A stretch of 64,000 bases of DNA, taken from the NCBI GenBank assembly GCA_964449445.1, contig CAYUZT010000006.1, positions 12,223 to 76,222 of the forward strand. The letters run 5' to 3'. Origin of the DNA: an uncultured Candidatus Peribacteria bacterium. Its GTDB lineage: Bacteria; Patescibacteriota; Gracilibacteria; Peribacterales; Peribacteraceae. A program made the translations under genes and the position numbers. A model generated the notes under the pieces. The model was not told the origin of the DNA and made no database searches. It saw only the letters and a list, made by a program, of their open reading frames with translations. Shown one piece after another: positions 1 to 9,223 of this stretch (position 1 is the first letter of the stretch; each line of letters starts with the position of its first letter).

Positions 1-1
1 C

Positions 2-577
2 ACCGAAGATGTGTACAAGTTCGCCGGTGTCAGCCCGGAGGAAGAAATGCTCGGGTCTCCGTGGACTGCCATCCGGATGCGCTACGCGTGGCTCATTATC
101 AACCTGGCGACAGCGTTCCTTGCGTCCTTCGTCGTCTCGCTGTTCCAGAACGTCATCGCGGCGTTCGCGATTCTCGCCGTGTACATGCCGATCGTCGCCG
201 GCATGGGCGGCAATGCCGGAACGCAGGCGCTCGCGGTCACGGTCCGCGGACTCGCGCTCTCCGATATCACAGCGCGGCAGAAATTCTCCCTCATTATCAA
301 GGAAATCCTCACCGGTGCGGCGAACGGCGTCATCAACGGCGTGATCGTTGCAGCCGTCGTGCTCCTGCTCAAGCAGCCGCCGGCGCTCGCCGCAGTGCTG
401 GGCGCAGCCATGGTCATCAACTTAATCGTCGCGGGCATTTTTGGCGCCGTCATTCCGGTGATTCTCAAATCCATGCGTATCGATCCCGCCGTCGCGAGCA
501 CGGTCTTCGTGACCACCGCCACAGACTGCTTCGGCTTCCTTGCGTTCCTCGGCTTGGCTGCAGCATTCATGCGATGA
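2..577 (+). CDS. mgtE: Magnesium transporter MgtE, C-terminal membrane domain (5' end outside window)
   Basis: Reading frame open from window edge; PIVAGMGGNAGTQALAVTVRGLAL and TATDCFGFLAFLGLA strings typical of MgtE TM domain; TGA overlaps next ATG (ATGA). Confidence 0.85.
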   Translation, partial: TEDVYKFAGVSPEEEMLGSPWTAIRMRYAWLIINLATAFLASFVVSLFQNVIAAFAILAVYMPIVAGMGGNAGTQALAVTVRGLALSDITARQKFSLIIKEILTGAANGVINGVIVAAVVLLLKQPPALAAVLGAAMVINLIVAGIFGAVIPVILKSMRIDPAVASTVFVTTATDCFGFLAFLGLAAAFMR

Positions 578-1098
578 ACCGATGCGTTGCCATTGTCGGC
601 ATGAACGGCGTCGGCAAAACCTCCTTCGGTAAACGTCTGGCCTCCACACTCGGCATGAAGCGCATCGATACCGACCAGCTCTTTGAAAAGACTCATGGCA
701 ATACCCACGACTACATCGCGAAGAATGGATGGGAGACGTACAGAGTGGCAGAAGAGAAGATCGTCCTGCAGGCTCTTCGGCCCAATCATGTGGTGACCCT
801 CAGTGGAGGAGCGGTGGAATCTCCGAGCATTCGTGCGGCGCTCAAGGACCGCGCTGTCGTGATCTGGATCCAGGCGGGACCGAAGCGCATTCATAAACAT
901 CTTGAGCGTGCCAAAGTTGCTCGTCCGGAATTTGCCGACGGGCTCCATCACGATGCGGTGAAGACCATGGTGGAAGCGAGGAATCCACACTATGAAGACG
1001 TCGCCGACATCGTTTTATTCCCCTCCACAAGCTACGCTCAACAATTACCTGTCGCTCTGCGTGAGCTTGAGAAATTCTCAGTTCAAAAACTGCAATGA
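574..1098 (+). CDS. aroK: Shikimate kinase-like P-loop kinase
   Basis: ORF-track ORF 61..1098 trimmed to ATG 574; IVGMNGVGKTSFGKRLA (P-loop), IDTDQLFE, LSGGAV pattern as in AroK. Confidence 0.75.
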   Translation: MNRCVAIVGMNGVGKTSFGKRLASTLGMKRIDTDQLFEKTHGNTHDYIAKNGWETYRVAEEKIVLQALRPNHVVTLSGGAVESPSIRAALKDRAVVIWIQAGPKRIHKHLERAKVARPEFADGLHHDAVKTMVEARNPHYEDVADIVLFPSTSYAQQLPVALRELEKFSVQKLQ

Positions 1099-1131
1099 CA
1101 GATGAGTATCGGGAAAGTATCATGAACTACT

Positions 1132-1797
1132 ATGTCACGCAGACTCGTTGCCGGGGTTATCTTCGATAAAGTTGGCAATGTTCTTCTTGAGGCAAATATC
1201 AAGCACAATAGTTTTCGCATTACTCCCATTGGAGGAAAAGTGGAAGAGGACAAGAATGAAGACCCAATTGATGCGTTGAAGCGGGAATGCTGGGAGGAAT
1301 ACCGCTTGTGGGTGCAACCCAAAGACATCATCGGAACATATGGAACGACATCGAAGGGCGAGGGAGCGTTTTCGGCGCTGATGGTCCACTGTGAGATTAC
1401 GAAAATAACACCCGGCTGCTGGAAGGACGGAAAACCGATACCGCAGGAACCGGAAAAATCCGCATATGCAGATTGGTTCTCGCTCGACGAGCTCAATCGT
1501 CTAAACGCTCATAAACTTCTTGCCCCCAATCTCTCACTCTTCATCGAAGTTCTGCAGGATAACTTCCGACAATTCGCATTGAGAAATATGCATGCGGAAA
1601 TTCCAAAGAGCATGACACTCTTCCAATTATTCACGTACTTCAAGCGCCAAATGGATCTCTGTCTTCGCAATTACCATGAGTACAGGAGAAAATCGAGCCG
1701 GGACCCGTTTCACTTGCCGGACGATTTTCTGATGATTCACGAAACACCCGAATTGGCACGCTCATACTTCGAATTATGCAGGGCAGTCTCGGGATGA
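1132..1797 (+). CDS. NUDIX hydrolase with C-terminal extension
   Basis: Nudix box GGKVEEDKNEDPIDALKRECWEEYRL in N-terminal half; C-terminal ~90 aa unassigned. Confidence 0.7.
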   Translation: MSRRLVAGVIFDKVGNVLLEANIKHNSFRITPIGGKVEEDKNEDPIDALKRECWEEYRLWVQPKDIIGTYGTTSKGEGAFSALMVHCEITKITPGCWKDGKPIPQEPEKSAYADWFSLDELNRLNAHKLLAPNLSLFIEVLQDNFRQFALRNMHAEIPKSMTLFQLFTYFKRQMDLCLRNYHEYRRKSSRDPFHLPDDFLMIHETPELARSYFELCRAVSG

Positions 1798-1816
1798 AAA
1801 GTATACAATTCACCGC

Positions 1817-2350
1817 ATGGCATCCCTCATCCTCGTCGACGAACACAACGTCCCTCGCGGCAGTGTTACGCGTGAGGTTGCTCATGCGTCCCCGGGAATG
1901 CTCCACCGTGCATTCTCTATTTATATCTTTCGGAAATCCGGAAACGAGATCCTTATTCAGAGACGAAGCGCAGGCAAGCTCTTCGCCGGACTCTGGGCAA
2001 ATACCTGCTGCAGCCATCCACGTGAGGGAGAAGAGATTGTGACTGTTGCACCGCGACGTTTGGAAGAAGAACTCGGCTTCACTTGCCCTCTGAAGATCTT
2101 AGGTAAGTTCACCTATCAGGCAGAAGATCCTCAGGGCAAAGGTGCCGAGCATGAACATGTGACGATCCTAGGCGGTGATATTGAAAATGATGTGACGATT
2201 AAAGCGAATCCCGAGGAAGTCGCTGAGTGGAAGTGGATCGCTGTCATTGAATTACAGAAGGATATGGAGAAAAATCCTGACCACTACGCACCCTGGTTCC
2301 ACATCGGACTCAAGAATATCCTCACCCACAGTAACCAGTTAACGAATTAA
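1817..2350 (+). CDS. idi: Isopentenyl-diphosphate delta-isomerase, type 1
   Basis: HRAFSIYIF...LIQRRSAGKLFAGLWANTCCSHPREGE matches type-1 IDI signature; TACAAT box 7 nt before ATG. Confidence 0.9.
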   Translation: MASLILVDEHNVPRGSVTREVAHASPGMLHRAFSIYIFRKSGNEILIQRRSAGKLFAGLWANTCCSHPREGEEIVTVAPRRLEEELGFTCPLKILGKFTYQAEDPQGKGAEHEHVTILGGDIENDVTIKANPEEVAEWKWIAVIELQKDMEKNPDHYAPWFHIGLKNILTHSNQLTN

Positions 2351-2367
2351 CGAGTTAACGACTCCCC

Positions 2368-3063
2368 TTGCCTCCTTACAACATGGCAACATCTTCTCCC
2401 ATTCACTTGGCTATCATCCCCGACGGCAATCGTCGCTGGGCACGTGCCAGAGCACTTCAACCATGGAAAGGTCACGAAACAGCGATCGAGAATTTCCGCT
2501 CGATCACTGAGTGTTGCCGCAATGATCCGCGCGTCTCTGTGCTCACGGTCTGGTGCTTCTCCACCGAGAACTGGAAACGAGATCAGAAGGAAATCGACAT
2601 GCTCATGCACTATTACGAAGACTACCTGGGCAAGGAGCGGAAGGGCTTTATCGAGAAGAAGACGCGATTCATTCATTCTGGACGGTACGATCGCCTTCCC
2701 TCTACTCTCGCACAGCTGATCCAGGACGTGGAGCAGGAAACGAAGGATCAAACGGAGTTCACTCTCAACTTGGCAGTCGATTACGGTGGCAAAGATGGGC
2801 TGATTCGCGCGATGAAGAAGATCTCTGACCCAAAAGCCGTTACCGAAGAATCCTTTCGGCAGCTGCTCGACCATCCCGAACTTCCCGATATCGACCTGAT
2901 CATCCGCACATCCGGTGAGCAGAGGACGAGCAACTTCTTCCTGTGGGAGAGTGCGTACGCGGAGTGGGTCTTCCTGCAGAAGCATTTTCCCGATTTGACT
3001 GACAAGGATATCGAAAAAGCAGTGGCTGACTTTGCCAGTCGCGCAAGGAGATTTGGGGGGTAA
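2368..3063 (+). CDS. uppS: Undecaprenyl-diphosphate synthase family cis-prenyltransferase
   Basis: HLAIIPDGNRRWA, FSTENWKR, IRTSGEQRTSNFFLWESAYAE signatures; TTG start in track, ATG 2383 also possible. Confidence 0.9.
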   Translation: MPPYNMATSSPIHLAIIPDGNRRWARARALQPWKGHETAIENFRSITECCRNDPRVSVLTVWCFSTENWKRDQKEIDMLMHYYEDYLGKERKGFIEKKTRFIHSGRYDRLPSTLAQLIQDVEQETKDQTEFTLNLAVDYGGKDGLIRAMKKISDPKAVTEESFRQLLDHPELPDIDLIIRTSGEQRTSNFFLWESAYAEWVFLQKHFPDLTDKDIEKAVADFASRARRFGG

Positions 3064-3072
3064 GTACGTAGC

Positions 3073-3141
3073 AATGTCATCCCGAGCGGAGACGAGGGAT
3101 GACTGAAGCGCGTCATGGTTCGTCTCCGCTCACCATGACAT
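3073..3141. repeat. ~70-bp double-hairpin REP-like element, copy A
   Basis: Hairpins gtcatccc-N12-gggatgac (3076-3103) and gtcatggt-N12-accatgac (3112-3139); loops are mutually complementary; inverted near-copy at 35561-35627. Confidence 0.85.
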
Positions 3142-4013
3142 CCTCATCCTTCGCCTCCGGCAAAATGATCCTGAGCGGCGAGTACGCGGTTGTTTTTGGC
3201 TATCCAGGTATCGCGGTGCCAACACCATTCGGCGTGGGGGTGACATGGGAGGACTCTGGAGCGTCGCCGATGACGATCATTGAAAAAGGATTGATCGGTG
3301 ACGAAGCATACGCACGCAAGATTGTGAATCTCTGTATCGAGAAAGGTAGTCCATCGACCGGAACAATCACAATCAACAATCAGATTTTCGTTGGCCGCGG
3401 CGTCGGCTCTTCTACGGCACTCGTGATTGCCATCTGCCGCTGTCTCCTTGGAGAAGATAGTAAAGATGACGCTCTGGAGATCGAAAATACTGTGAATCCC
3501 GGCAATAGCGGCCTCGACTTCGCGGTCATCTGGGCGAATCATCCGGTGAGCTTCATAAAGGGAAAAACTCCCGAGCCAGTAACGCTCAATTTGAATTTTC
3601 TGAAGCACATGACGCTCATGGATACGGGGAAACCTGGTGAGACCACGGCTGAATTGGTCGCGTGGATGACCCTTCGACAAGCTCAGGGTGACAAGAGCGT
3701 CCTTCACGCCCTTGAGACCATTGGCAAGTGCACCGGGCGGCTGCTTGCGGGGGAAGATCTGAAAACAGTGATGCGTGACCATCATCGAGCCCAAGTTTCC
3801 CTCGGCGTCGTTACCAAAGCTGCTCAGGATCTCATCTCTGAGATCGAGAAGATTGGCGGGAGTGCGAAAGTACTAGGCGCGGGAGCGAGGACTGGGGACG
3901 GGGGGATGGTATTGGCTCTCGCACACGAGACGAAAATTCTGGAAAGAATTTGTGCACAGCACAATTACGAATTTATGACATCTGCAAAGGACCCTATGTC
4001 AGAAAAAATGTGA
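3099..4013 (+). CDS. mvk: Mevalonate kinase (GHMP kinase)
   Basis: GKMILSGEYAVVFGYPGIAVP and GRGVGSSTAL GHMP motifs; the first 12 codons lie inside the REP element so ATG 3135 may be the real start. Confidence 0.8.
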   Translation: MTEARHGSSPLTMTSSSFASGKMILSGEYAVVFGYPGIAVPTPFGVGVTWEDSGASPMTIIEKGLIGDEAYARKIVNLCIEKGSPSTGTITINNQIFVGRGVGSSTALVIAICRCLLGEDSKDDALEIENTVNPGNSGLDFAVIWANHPVSFIKGKTPEPVTLNLNFLKHMTLMDTGKPGETTAELVAWMTLRQAQGDKSVLHALETIGKCTGRLLAGEDLKTVMRDHHRAQVSLGVVTKAAQDLISEIEKIGGSAKVLGAGARTGDGGMVLALAHETKILERICAQHNYEFMTSAKDPMSEKM

Positions 4014-4828
4014 TCAAACATCGTTAGGTTTTGTCTGGCCAGGTCTGCACTGGTGACTCCGCTCAGCACCAACAACCGTGTCATCTTAAGTTGCCGTGCG
4101 ACGGGCATGTCGGTTTCAAGGCTATCTCCAAGCATGGCAACCTGTTCTTGAGGAATTTTCATGCGATCCAAACATGCTTGAACAATCCGGGGATGCGGTT
4201 TTCCCATAACATTTGGAACTGCATTCGAGAGACTGTCTGTCGTCGCGAGCAATCGTTGGATAGCTGCTACAAGTGTTCCTGTTCCAGCACGCAGATCTCC
4301 GTTTTCCGTCGTCACCGCGTGATCCATCCCACTCGCGACCCATTGAGCGCCCCTTACCAAAGCGGCGACGGCCGCCTCGATTGTATTGATATTGTAATCG
4401 TGACGAGCAGTCACAATATGAGTCGGCGTGCGTTCTGCAATCCAATTTTTCTTTTTTGGATCCCATACATCATTTTGATAGAGGAAAGCTTCTATACCCA
4501 ACGCATGACATTGCATCCTCAGCTCATCAGGACCGAGAAAGAGTGCTAGAAATTCGCCGCGCGATTGCAACTGCTCTTTGCAGAGGTATTTGGCCACAGC
4601 ATATCCCGCCGTCATAACATCGGCCTCTGCAATCTGTATTCCCTCCCTTCCAAATTTTTTCACGACATCCGATCTCGATCCTGCGCCATTTGAGGCAAAT
4701 GTCATTTTCAATCTCCGCCTTTGAGCTGCATCCAAAAGTTTGAATGCACCATCCTGTAGCTTCTCTCCATGAAACCATACGCCATCTATATCCGTCACGA
4801 TGCCCTTGAGAAAATTCAATGGAGTCAT
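3965..4828 (-). CDS. HAD-superfamily hydrolase, subfamily IIA (NagD-like phosphatase)
   Basis: ORF 3965..5017 trimmed to ATG at 4828 (MTPLNFLKGIVTDIDGVW); DxDG motif, GKPHP, GDSLETDM; longer ORF would overlap mvaD. Confidence 0.75.
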   Translation of the reverse strand: MTPLNFLKGIVTDIDGVWFHGEKLQDGAFKLLDAAQRRRLKMTFASNGAGSRSDVVKKFGREGIQIAEADVMTAGYAVAKYLCKEQLQSRGEFLALFLGPDELRMQCHALGIEAFLYQNDVWDPKKKNWIAERTPTHIVTARHDYNINTIEAAVAALVRGAQWVASGMDHAVTTENGDLRAGTGTLVAAIQRLLATTDSLSNAVPNVMGKPHPRIVQACLDRMKIPQEQVAMLGDSLETDMPVARQLKMTRLLVLSGVTSADLARQNLTMFDHIFSDIGSFADVINS

Positions 4829-4886
4829 GGAAGTGGAGGATCCTAGCAATTTCCATGAGAGATGCAATCCTGTAGCCTTCTTTTCC

Positions 4887-5891
4887 ATGCCCATCTCCGC
4901 CCGCTCCACCCCCAACATCGCCCTCATCAAATACTGGGGCAATCGTAATAACGCTCTGCGCCTTCCTGCAGCGGATTCTCTTTCCATGACGCTTGATTCT
5001 CCGCATGTGGAGATCACTATGGATCATGCAGATTCACTCAGTGTGATGTCCTTTGAAGTGAATGGTTCTGAAAAAAAGCTCACACCAAAGCAGATCGACC
5101 GTTTTCGCAGGCATCTGGAACTCACGAAGGTGTACCTGAAAAAACTCGGCGCAGACAAAGCCATGCCCTCTTCCGTCGTAATCACCGTTCGATCGATGAT
5201 CCCCTCCTCCATCGGCCTCGCATCCTCCGCGGCCGTCTTCGGGTGCCTTGCAAAAGCGTACGCGGGACTGATCCGGGAACACAGTGAGCTCAGTGATGAG
5301 CAAATCAGCGTGATCGCTCGTTTAGGTTCAGGATCTGCCGCCCGGAGCATCTACGGTGGATATGGCGCGCTACTTGCAGGATCCGGAGAGGAGATCGATT
5401 CTTCCAGTGCCGTCCAGATTGCTGATGAGAAGCACTGGCTCCTGCATGACATCATCTTGGTACCAAGCCAAAAGGAAAAGAGTGTGGGTTCCACCGAAGG
5501 TCATGCACTCGCGTGGACGAGTCCGCACTTCGAAGATCGCTTGAAAGCGATGCCGAGGCGACAGAAAGAATGCGCAGATGTCATTCTGCACAAAGATTTC
5601 GAGAAACTGCAGTACGTTGCCGAAGAAGATTGTATGGATATGCACCATGTGATGGAGACGAGTACTCCATCGCTCACGTACTTGAGTGACGTAACGCACA
5701 GAATCATTGACGATATCTCAGCTCTCAGAACAAAGGATCATATTGAGGTTCTCTACACGATGGATGCAGGCCCGACGGTGCATCTGTTCTGTCCGGAAGA
5801 ATCAGTGAACGCGGTTCGAGAGTTTGCGGAGGCACAAAAGGATTGCCAGATAATGGAAGCGCAGACCGGAAAGGGTGCACATTTTCTCTAA
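4887..5891 (+). CDS. mvaD: Diphosphomevalonate (or phosphomevalonate) decarboxylase, GHMP family
   Basis: ORF 4800..5891 trimmed to ATG 4887; PNIALIKYWGNR, GLASSAA, GSGSAARS, MDAGP motifs. Confidence 0.85.
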   Translation: MPISARSTPNIALIKYWGNRNNALRLPAADSLSMTLDSPHVEITMDHADSLSVMSFEVNGSEKKLTPKQIDRFRRHLELTKVYLKKLGADKAMPSSVVITVRSMIPSSIGLASSAAVFGCLAKAYAGLIREHSELSDEQISVIARLGSGSAARSIYGGYGALLAGSGEEIDSSSAVQIADEKHWLLHDIILVPSQKEKSVGSTEGHALAWTSPHFEDRLKAMPRRQKECADVILHKDFEKLQYVAEEDCMDMHHVMETSTPSLTYLSDVTHRIIDDISALRTKDHIEVLYTMDAGPTVHLFCPEESVNAVREFAEAQKDCQIMEAQTGKGAHFL

Positions 5892-5918
5892 GAAAATTCC
5901 TTGCAGTAGGTATATTTC

Positions 5919-5930
5919 AAGTGTACACTT
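5919..5930. promoter_or_regulatory. Perfect 12-bp palindrome AAGTGTACACTT upstream of antitoxin gene (candidate TA operator)
   Basis: Read directly; flanked by CAGTAG / CTACTG inverted 6-mers; 21 nt upstream of ATG 5952. Confidence 0.4.
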
Positions 5931-5951
5931 AAAATACTTTCTACTGTACCT

Positions 5952-6197
5952 ATGCCAAAGGACATCTCCATTAAGGAATTGCGCGAGAATCTTGCAAGAG
6001 TGGCTGACCGAGCGGAGCGCGGAGAAACCTTCCGTGTGATCCGACGCTCAAAGCCATCGTTCATCATTATGAACGTCGGTCTCGATGATTCTGATGACGC
6101 ATGGGAAGGAGTGGATTTCACTGATGGCGGCAAAACGAAAGGGGTGCCTATTGAGAAAGTGATGAAAGAGCTCAACAAAATCCGGAGCCGCCGCTAA
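5952..6197 (+). CDS. Phd/YefM-type antitoxin
   Basis: 81 aa, ISIKELRENLARVADRAERGETFRVIRRSKP typical Phd/YefM N-terminus; 2 nt before toxin gene. Confidence 0.7.
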   Translation: MPKDISIKELRENLARVADRAERGETFRVIRRSKPSFIIMNVGLDDSDDAWEGVDFTDGGKTKGVPIEKVMKELNKIRSRR

Positions 6198-6199
6198 GT

Positions 6200-6442
6200 A
6201 TGGAACAATGGATAAAGCAGCTTCGAAAAGCTCCACGGCACTATCAAGATCGCATTGGCAGAACGCTTCCTCAAATCTTCTCGAGAAATCTAGCAGGATT
6301 GAACTGGAAAAAATTGAAAGGCTATGAAGATCTTTTCCGGGTTCGCATAGGAGACTACCGGATTATCTACCACGACAATGGAAAGGAAATTATGATCATG
6401 GCGATTTCACCGAAAAGCGATACTACATACAACGATTTGTAG
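6200..6442 (+). CDS. RelE/ParE-family toxin
   Basis: 80 aa; FRVRIGDYRIIYHDNGKEIMIMAISPKSDTTY matches RelE/ParE core; stop 1 nt before hmgA ATG. Confidence 0.7.
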   Translation: MEQWIKQLRKAPRHYQDRIGRTLPQIFSRNLAGLNWKKLKGYEDLFRVRIGDYRIIYHDNGKEIMIMAISPKSDTTYNDL

Positions 6443-6443
6443 G

Positions 6444-7667
6444 ATGGATCTCCGCTCCCTCCCCACCGGCCTTACTCCTGAGCAACGTTGTACTGAACGC
6501 CGTTCGCACGTCGAACACGCGCTCTCCATTGATCTATTCGCACTCACTCCACGAGAAGGCTCCATCGGCCACGCTGATGAGAAAAACTGCGAGCAAATGC
6601 TCGGTCATGTGCCGATCCCGGTGGGGTACGCAGGACCATTGAAGGTGACATTCAGTTCTGGAGAGACGTCGGAGATCCATCTACCACTCGCAACCACCGA
6701 AGGCGCATTGGTCGCGAGCGTGAACAGAGGGTGCAAAGCGCTTTCGCAAGCAGGAGGAGTACGTTTGAGCTCCATTCATCATGGAATGACGCGCTCAATG
6801 GCTTTTCGTGCCGCAGATATCCAGAATCTTTCTGCAATTCTCAAAAAACGAGAAGCAGAGTGGAAGCAGATAGGGCATTCAACCAGCAATCACCTGAAAA
6901 TTCTGACGTACGACGTTGATATCAAGGATGATCACCTCTTTCTGACAATTTCTTGCGACACCGACGAAGCAATGGGCATGAATATGGTGACGATTGCCGC
7001 GCAGAAGATTGGAGAATGGATAGAATCCGAGTGTGATGACGTAACGTTTGTGACAGTCGCGGGAAATGTGGATAGCGATAAGAAGCCCAGCAAGCGAACG
7101 CATGACCGCGGTCGTGGATACGAAGTAACGGCGACTGCCGAAATTTCGGAAGAAGTCCTCAAAGAAGTTCTCAAAACTTCCAGTGAAGCAATGCTCGCAA
7201 CCGCGCATGCCAAGCTCACACTCGGATCCGAGATTGCCGGAGCAATCGGACGTAATTTGCACGCAGCAAATATTTTCGCCGCTCTCTACCTCGCAACCGG
7301 TCAGGATGCAGCTCACGTCGTTGAAGGCTCATTAACAGAAACTACCATCCAACCCCTGCCCACCGTAGCCTCGGCAAAGGTGGGATCCAACCATTCAGCC
7401 CCTGCCCACCGTAGCCTTGGCGAAGGTGGGATTCGCATATCCGTCCGCTGCCCGGCCATTCTCGTCGGTATCCGTGGTGGTGGCACGACCCTCCCCGCAC
7501 AATCTCAGTGTTTGCAGATGTTGATGAAGCCGAAAACCGCGCTACATCCGAAAGCTCAACTTGCCGAAAGCATCGGTGCCGCGGTGCTCGCGGGGGAGAT
7601 TTCACTGCTTGCAGCCCAGGCAAGCCATTCTTTAGCACAGGCACACACAAGGCTTGGTCGTACGTAA
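6444..7667 (+). CDS. hmgA: HMG-CoA reductase, class I, soluble (with in-frame repeat insertion)
   Basis: EKNCEQMLGHVPIPVGYAGPL, PLATTEGALVASVNRGCKA, DEAMGMNMV, GGGTTLPAQ, VLAGEISLLAA signatures. Confidence 0.9.
   Translation: MDLRSLPTGLTPEQRCTERRSHVEHALSIDLFALTPREGSIGHADEKNCEQMLGHVPIPVGYAGPLKVTFSSGETSEIHLPLATTEGALVASVNRGCKALSQAGGVRLSSIHHGMTRSMAFRAADIQNLSAILKKREAEWKQIGHSTSNHLKILTYDVDIKDDHLFLTISCDTDEAMGMNMVTIAAQKIGEWIESECDDVTFVTVAGNVDSDKKPSKRTHDRGRGYEVTATAEISEEVLKEVLKTSSEAMLATAHAKLTLGSEIAGAIGRNLHAANIFAALYLATGQDAAHVVEGSLTETTIQPLPTVASAKVGSNHSAPAHRSLGEGGIRISVRCPAILVGIRGGGTTLPAQSQCLQMLMKPKTALHPKAQLAESIGAAVLAGEISLLAAQASHSLAQAHTRLGRT
7347..7430 (+). repeat. Two tandem REP-like units (CTGCCCACCGTAGCCYYGGCRAAGGTGGG) inside hmgA coding sequence
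   Basis: Direct reading; each unit has CCCACC/GGTGGG stem; related copies at 14504-14541, 34731-34764 (inverted), 51872-51903. Confidence 0.85.
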
Positions 7668-8111
7668 GTGAACGAGTATAGTCCGCTACTTCTCGCCAAT
7701 GCTTCTATGTTTACAAGATCCACTATTGCTCGAATGGTTGAGGGCGAAATAAATACATGTGACATGTATTGTAATAGAATTAAAGTAGCGGAAGCGGTTC
7801 TCATTAAACCACCACGGGAACTTGTTCCACGCAGCATCGCAATTGCAAAAGCCATTCGAGAAATTAATGATTATTATATACTGCTTCATTTCATGCTTCT
7901 CGCAATAGAAGACAAAGAACTGCAACAACTTGCGAGAATAGATGTGGAAAAAGAAGAAGATGAAAAAGCTATTGAAACCAAGCACAAATCGCTTGTCCAT
8001 GATATGGGAATAGACACTGGACTCGCCGCCAGACTTTGGCGAACAGATGAGATTCACAGGAACCTTCCGGAACTCAAGAAAATTGCACAATCTTTACAAA
8101 AAGACGATTAA
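7668..8111 (+). CDS. Hypothetical protein (visibly AT-rich island between hmgA and HMG-CoA synthase)
   Basis: 147-aa ORF, GTG start abutting hmgA stop; no recognisable motif; composition clearly AT-richer than flanks by eye. Confidence 0.4.
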   Translation: MNEYSPLLLANASMFTRSTIARMVEGEINTCDMYCNRIKVAEAVLIKPPRELVPRSIAIAKAIREINDYYILLHFMLLAIEDKELQQLARIDVEKEEDEKAIETKHKSLVHDMGIDTGLAARLWRTDEIHRNLPELKKIAQSLQKDD

Positions 8112-8143
8112 AAGATCCCCTCTCTTCTGCTAGACTGCCCCGG

Positions 8144-9169
8144 ATGCAAAAATCCGCGATTGTCGGTTTCGGCAGATACTTGCCAAAGTATCGGGTGAAA
8201 ACGGCCTCCATCGCTCTCCATCACGGTCAGGATCCCAAAGGGGTCGTTGCTGGTCTTGGAATCAGCGAAAAAACCGTTCCCGGGCGCGATGAAGATAGCT
8301 ACACGATGGCGTTTGAAGCCGCGCGTCAGGCGATGGAGATTGCAGAGATTCAGTCGTCGGAAGTTTCCGCGATCTTTGTGGGAAGCGAGAGTCACCCGTA
8401 TGCCGTGAAGCCGACGAGCTCGATGCTCGCATCGAGTTTGGATTTGCACCCATTCTGTCACTGTGCGGATTTGGAATTCGCCTGCAAGGCAGGAACGGCA
8501 GGAATGCAGATCGTTGACTCGATGATTCGTGCTGGGCAAGTGCAGTACGGAATGGCGATTGGCACCGATACCGCGCAGGGCCGTCCCGGTGATGCACTGG
8601 AGTACACAGCGGCAGCAGGTGCAGCGGCATTTGTGTTGGGATCGGAAAAATCGAAGAACGCTCTCTGCAAAATTGAGAGCACGCTCTCGTTCACCACCGA
8701 TACTCCCGATTTTTGGAGACCGACTGGCGAAAAGTATCCCCACCACGCAGGACGCTTTACCGGGGAGCCCGCATACTTCCGCCATATGAAGGAAGCAACG
8801 CAGGGCATTCTCGCGATTGCACATCTCAAGCCACAGGACATCACGCATGTCGTGTTCCACATGCCGAACGCGAAGTTTCCAAAGACTATAGGAAAGAAAC
8901 TGGGCTTCACACAGGAGCAAATGGAGCTGGGATTCATCGTCCCACAGATTGGAAACACGTACAGTGCCTGCTCCCCTCTTGGGCTCACCTATGTTTTAGA
9001 GCATGCGAAAAAGAACGACACGATTCTGCTGGTCTCCTACGGTTCGGGTTCCGGCTCCGATGCGTTCATCATGACCATGGTCAAAGATGGCGTGAAGTTG
9101 AGCCCCGATGATCGTGAACCTGTATATCTCACCTACGACCAATACCTTGAGCACTCTCACGCCATTTAA
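8144..9169 (+). CDS. HMG-CoA synthase, archaeal type
   Basis: IVGFGRYLPKYRV, GSESHPYAVKPTS, DLEFACKAGT (active Cys), ALEYTAAAGAAAFVLG; TAGACT 7 nt before ATG. Confidence 0.85.
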   Translation: MQKSAIVGFGRYLPKYRVKTASIALHHGQDPKGVVAGLGISEKTVPGRDEDSYTMAFEAARQAMEIAEIQSSEVSAIFVGSESHPYAVKPTSSMLASSLDLHPFCHCADLEFACKAGTAGMQIVDSMIRAGQVQYGMAIGTDTAQGRPGDALEYTAAAGAAAFVLGSEKSKNALCKIESTLSFTTDTPDFWRPTGEKYPHHAGRFTGEPAYFRHMKEATQGILAIAHLKPQDITHVVFHMPNAKFPKTIGKKLGFTQEQMELGFIVPQIGNTYSACSPLGLTYVLEHAKKNDTILLVSYGSGSGSDAFIMTMVKDGVKLSPDDREPVYLTYDQYLEHSHAI

Positions 9170-9223
9170 CCATTCAACCATTTTGCCATCTCACCCTCTC
9201 ACCATCCAGCCATCCGTTCACCC

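Noticed and set aside
3099-3134. First 12 codons of the mvk ORF (MTEARHGSSPLT)
   Set aside because: They are encoded by the REP-like double hairpin, so ATG 3135 is probably the real start. The longer coordinates are kept in the feature table with this caveat.
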